Positions 63,348 to 64,000 of a DNA stretch of 64,000 nucleotides are shown here, piece by piece. The stretch's first letter is position 1; every line of letters starts with the position of its first letter. This DNA is from Antedon mediterranea (Eukaryota; Animalia; Echinodermata): NCBI RefSeq assembly GCF_964355755.1, contig NC_092672.1, forward strand, positions 31,254,437 to 31,318,436. Reading direction: 5' to 3'. A program made the translations under genes and the position numbers. The notes under the pieces are model-generated. The model worked only from the letters and a program-made list of their open reading frames with translations, was not told the origin of the DNA and ran no database searches.

Positions 63348-64000
63348 TTTCTTGGATGAAGTTTTAATGACAAATTCGTAATTCTATTGTTGTAACACCT
63401 TGCCTCCGACCCTTTATATTTAGCGCTTTGAATATTGATTTTTTGATTTTCACACATGGAGGATGTTTGAAGAAACAACAATCGACGAATCCAAAACGTT
63501 ATAATAACCTCTGAACTATGACCGTGGAGAAGGGCAACTAAAAATATTTACATCCATGATGTTTTGATCGAGTGTTGAATTAGAAAAAACCAGCATTTTA
63601 CTGCCGGTTTGTAGAATATTTGAGTATTTAAATAGCGCCGTTTAATGTTATCACTATCAGCTTTAGTGTTAACTTTATTTTTTCATTATATTTACATGAA
63701 TATAAATTAATTTATGCTAGGGCTAGGCCTTCCTTCTTTTTTCTAACCTTCCTTTTGCTAGCGTACTGAGACTGAGCTAGCCCGGCTAGGGCTGAGGCCT
63801 ATAAAATAATTAATACTATTTATAGCCGCCAGCCTAGCTAGTAGTAGTACCGTGGAGGCCTCCTACCTACTAGCCTAGTACTATTATTATTAAATATAGC
63901 CTAGGCCCTAGGCCTAGTAGGCCAACATAATCAGTAATGACATGTTAACAAAAATATGGGAAACTGATTTTGAGTAGGCCTCTATTCTAATAAGTAAAAA

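Noticed and set aside
63275-63481. 68-aa ORF as a PPIH N-terminal extension
   Set aside because: Different frame; the PPIH frame has a TAG 13 codons upstream of the ATG at 63347.

Overview
AT-rich eukaryotic (animal, probably invertebrate deuterostome or echinoderm; this is inference) genomic DNA with spliceosomal introns, not prokaryotic. I assembled ten protein-coding genes from splice sites: a folate-receptor-like GPI-type protein (+), DDX19/DBP5 (-), MRPS22 (+), ELP5 (-), UBXN10-like (+), an uncharacterised single-exon 166-aa gene (-), EFHD/swiprosin-like (+), eIF5A (-), a Y-box protein (+) and cyclophilin H (-). Most are arranged as head-to-head pairs. Introns hold large minisatellites, truncated LINEs, tRNA-derived SINEs, a solo LTR and many MITEs. 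The most notable observations are: an ELP5-eIF5A-YBX-PPIH neighbourhood that mirrors gene neighbourhoods on human 17p13 and 1p34; a minimal hammerhead-ribozyme motif in sense orientation in an ELP5 intron; a GC-rich RNA-type hairpin in a DDX19 intron; two decayed copies of coding sequence lying just downstream of their own genes' stop codons; and an orphan gene with X-box-like sites. All calls were made by eye; no database search was run.
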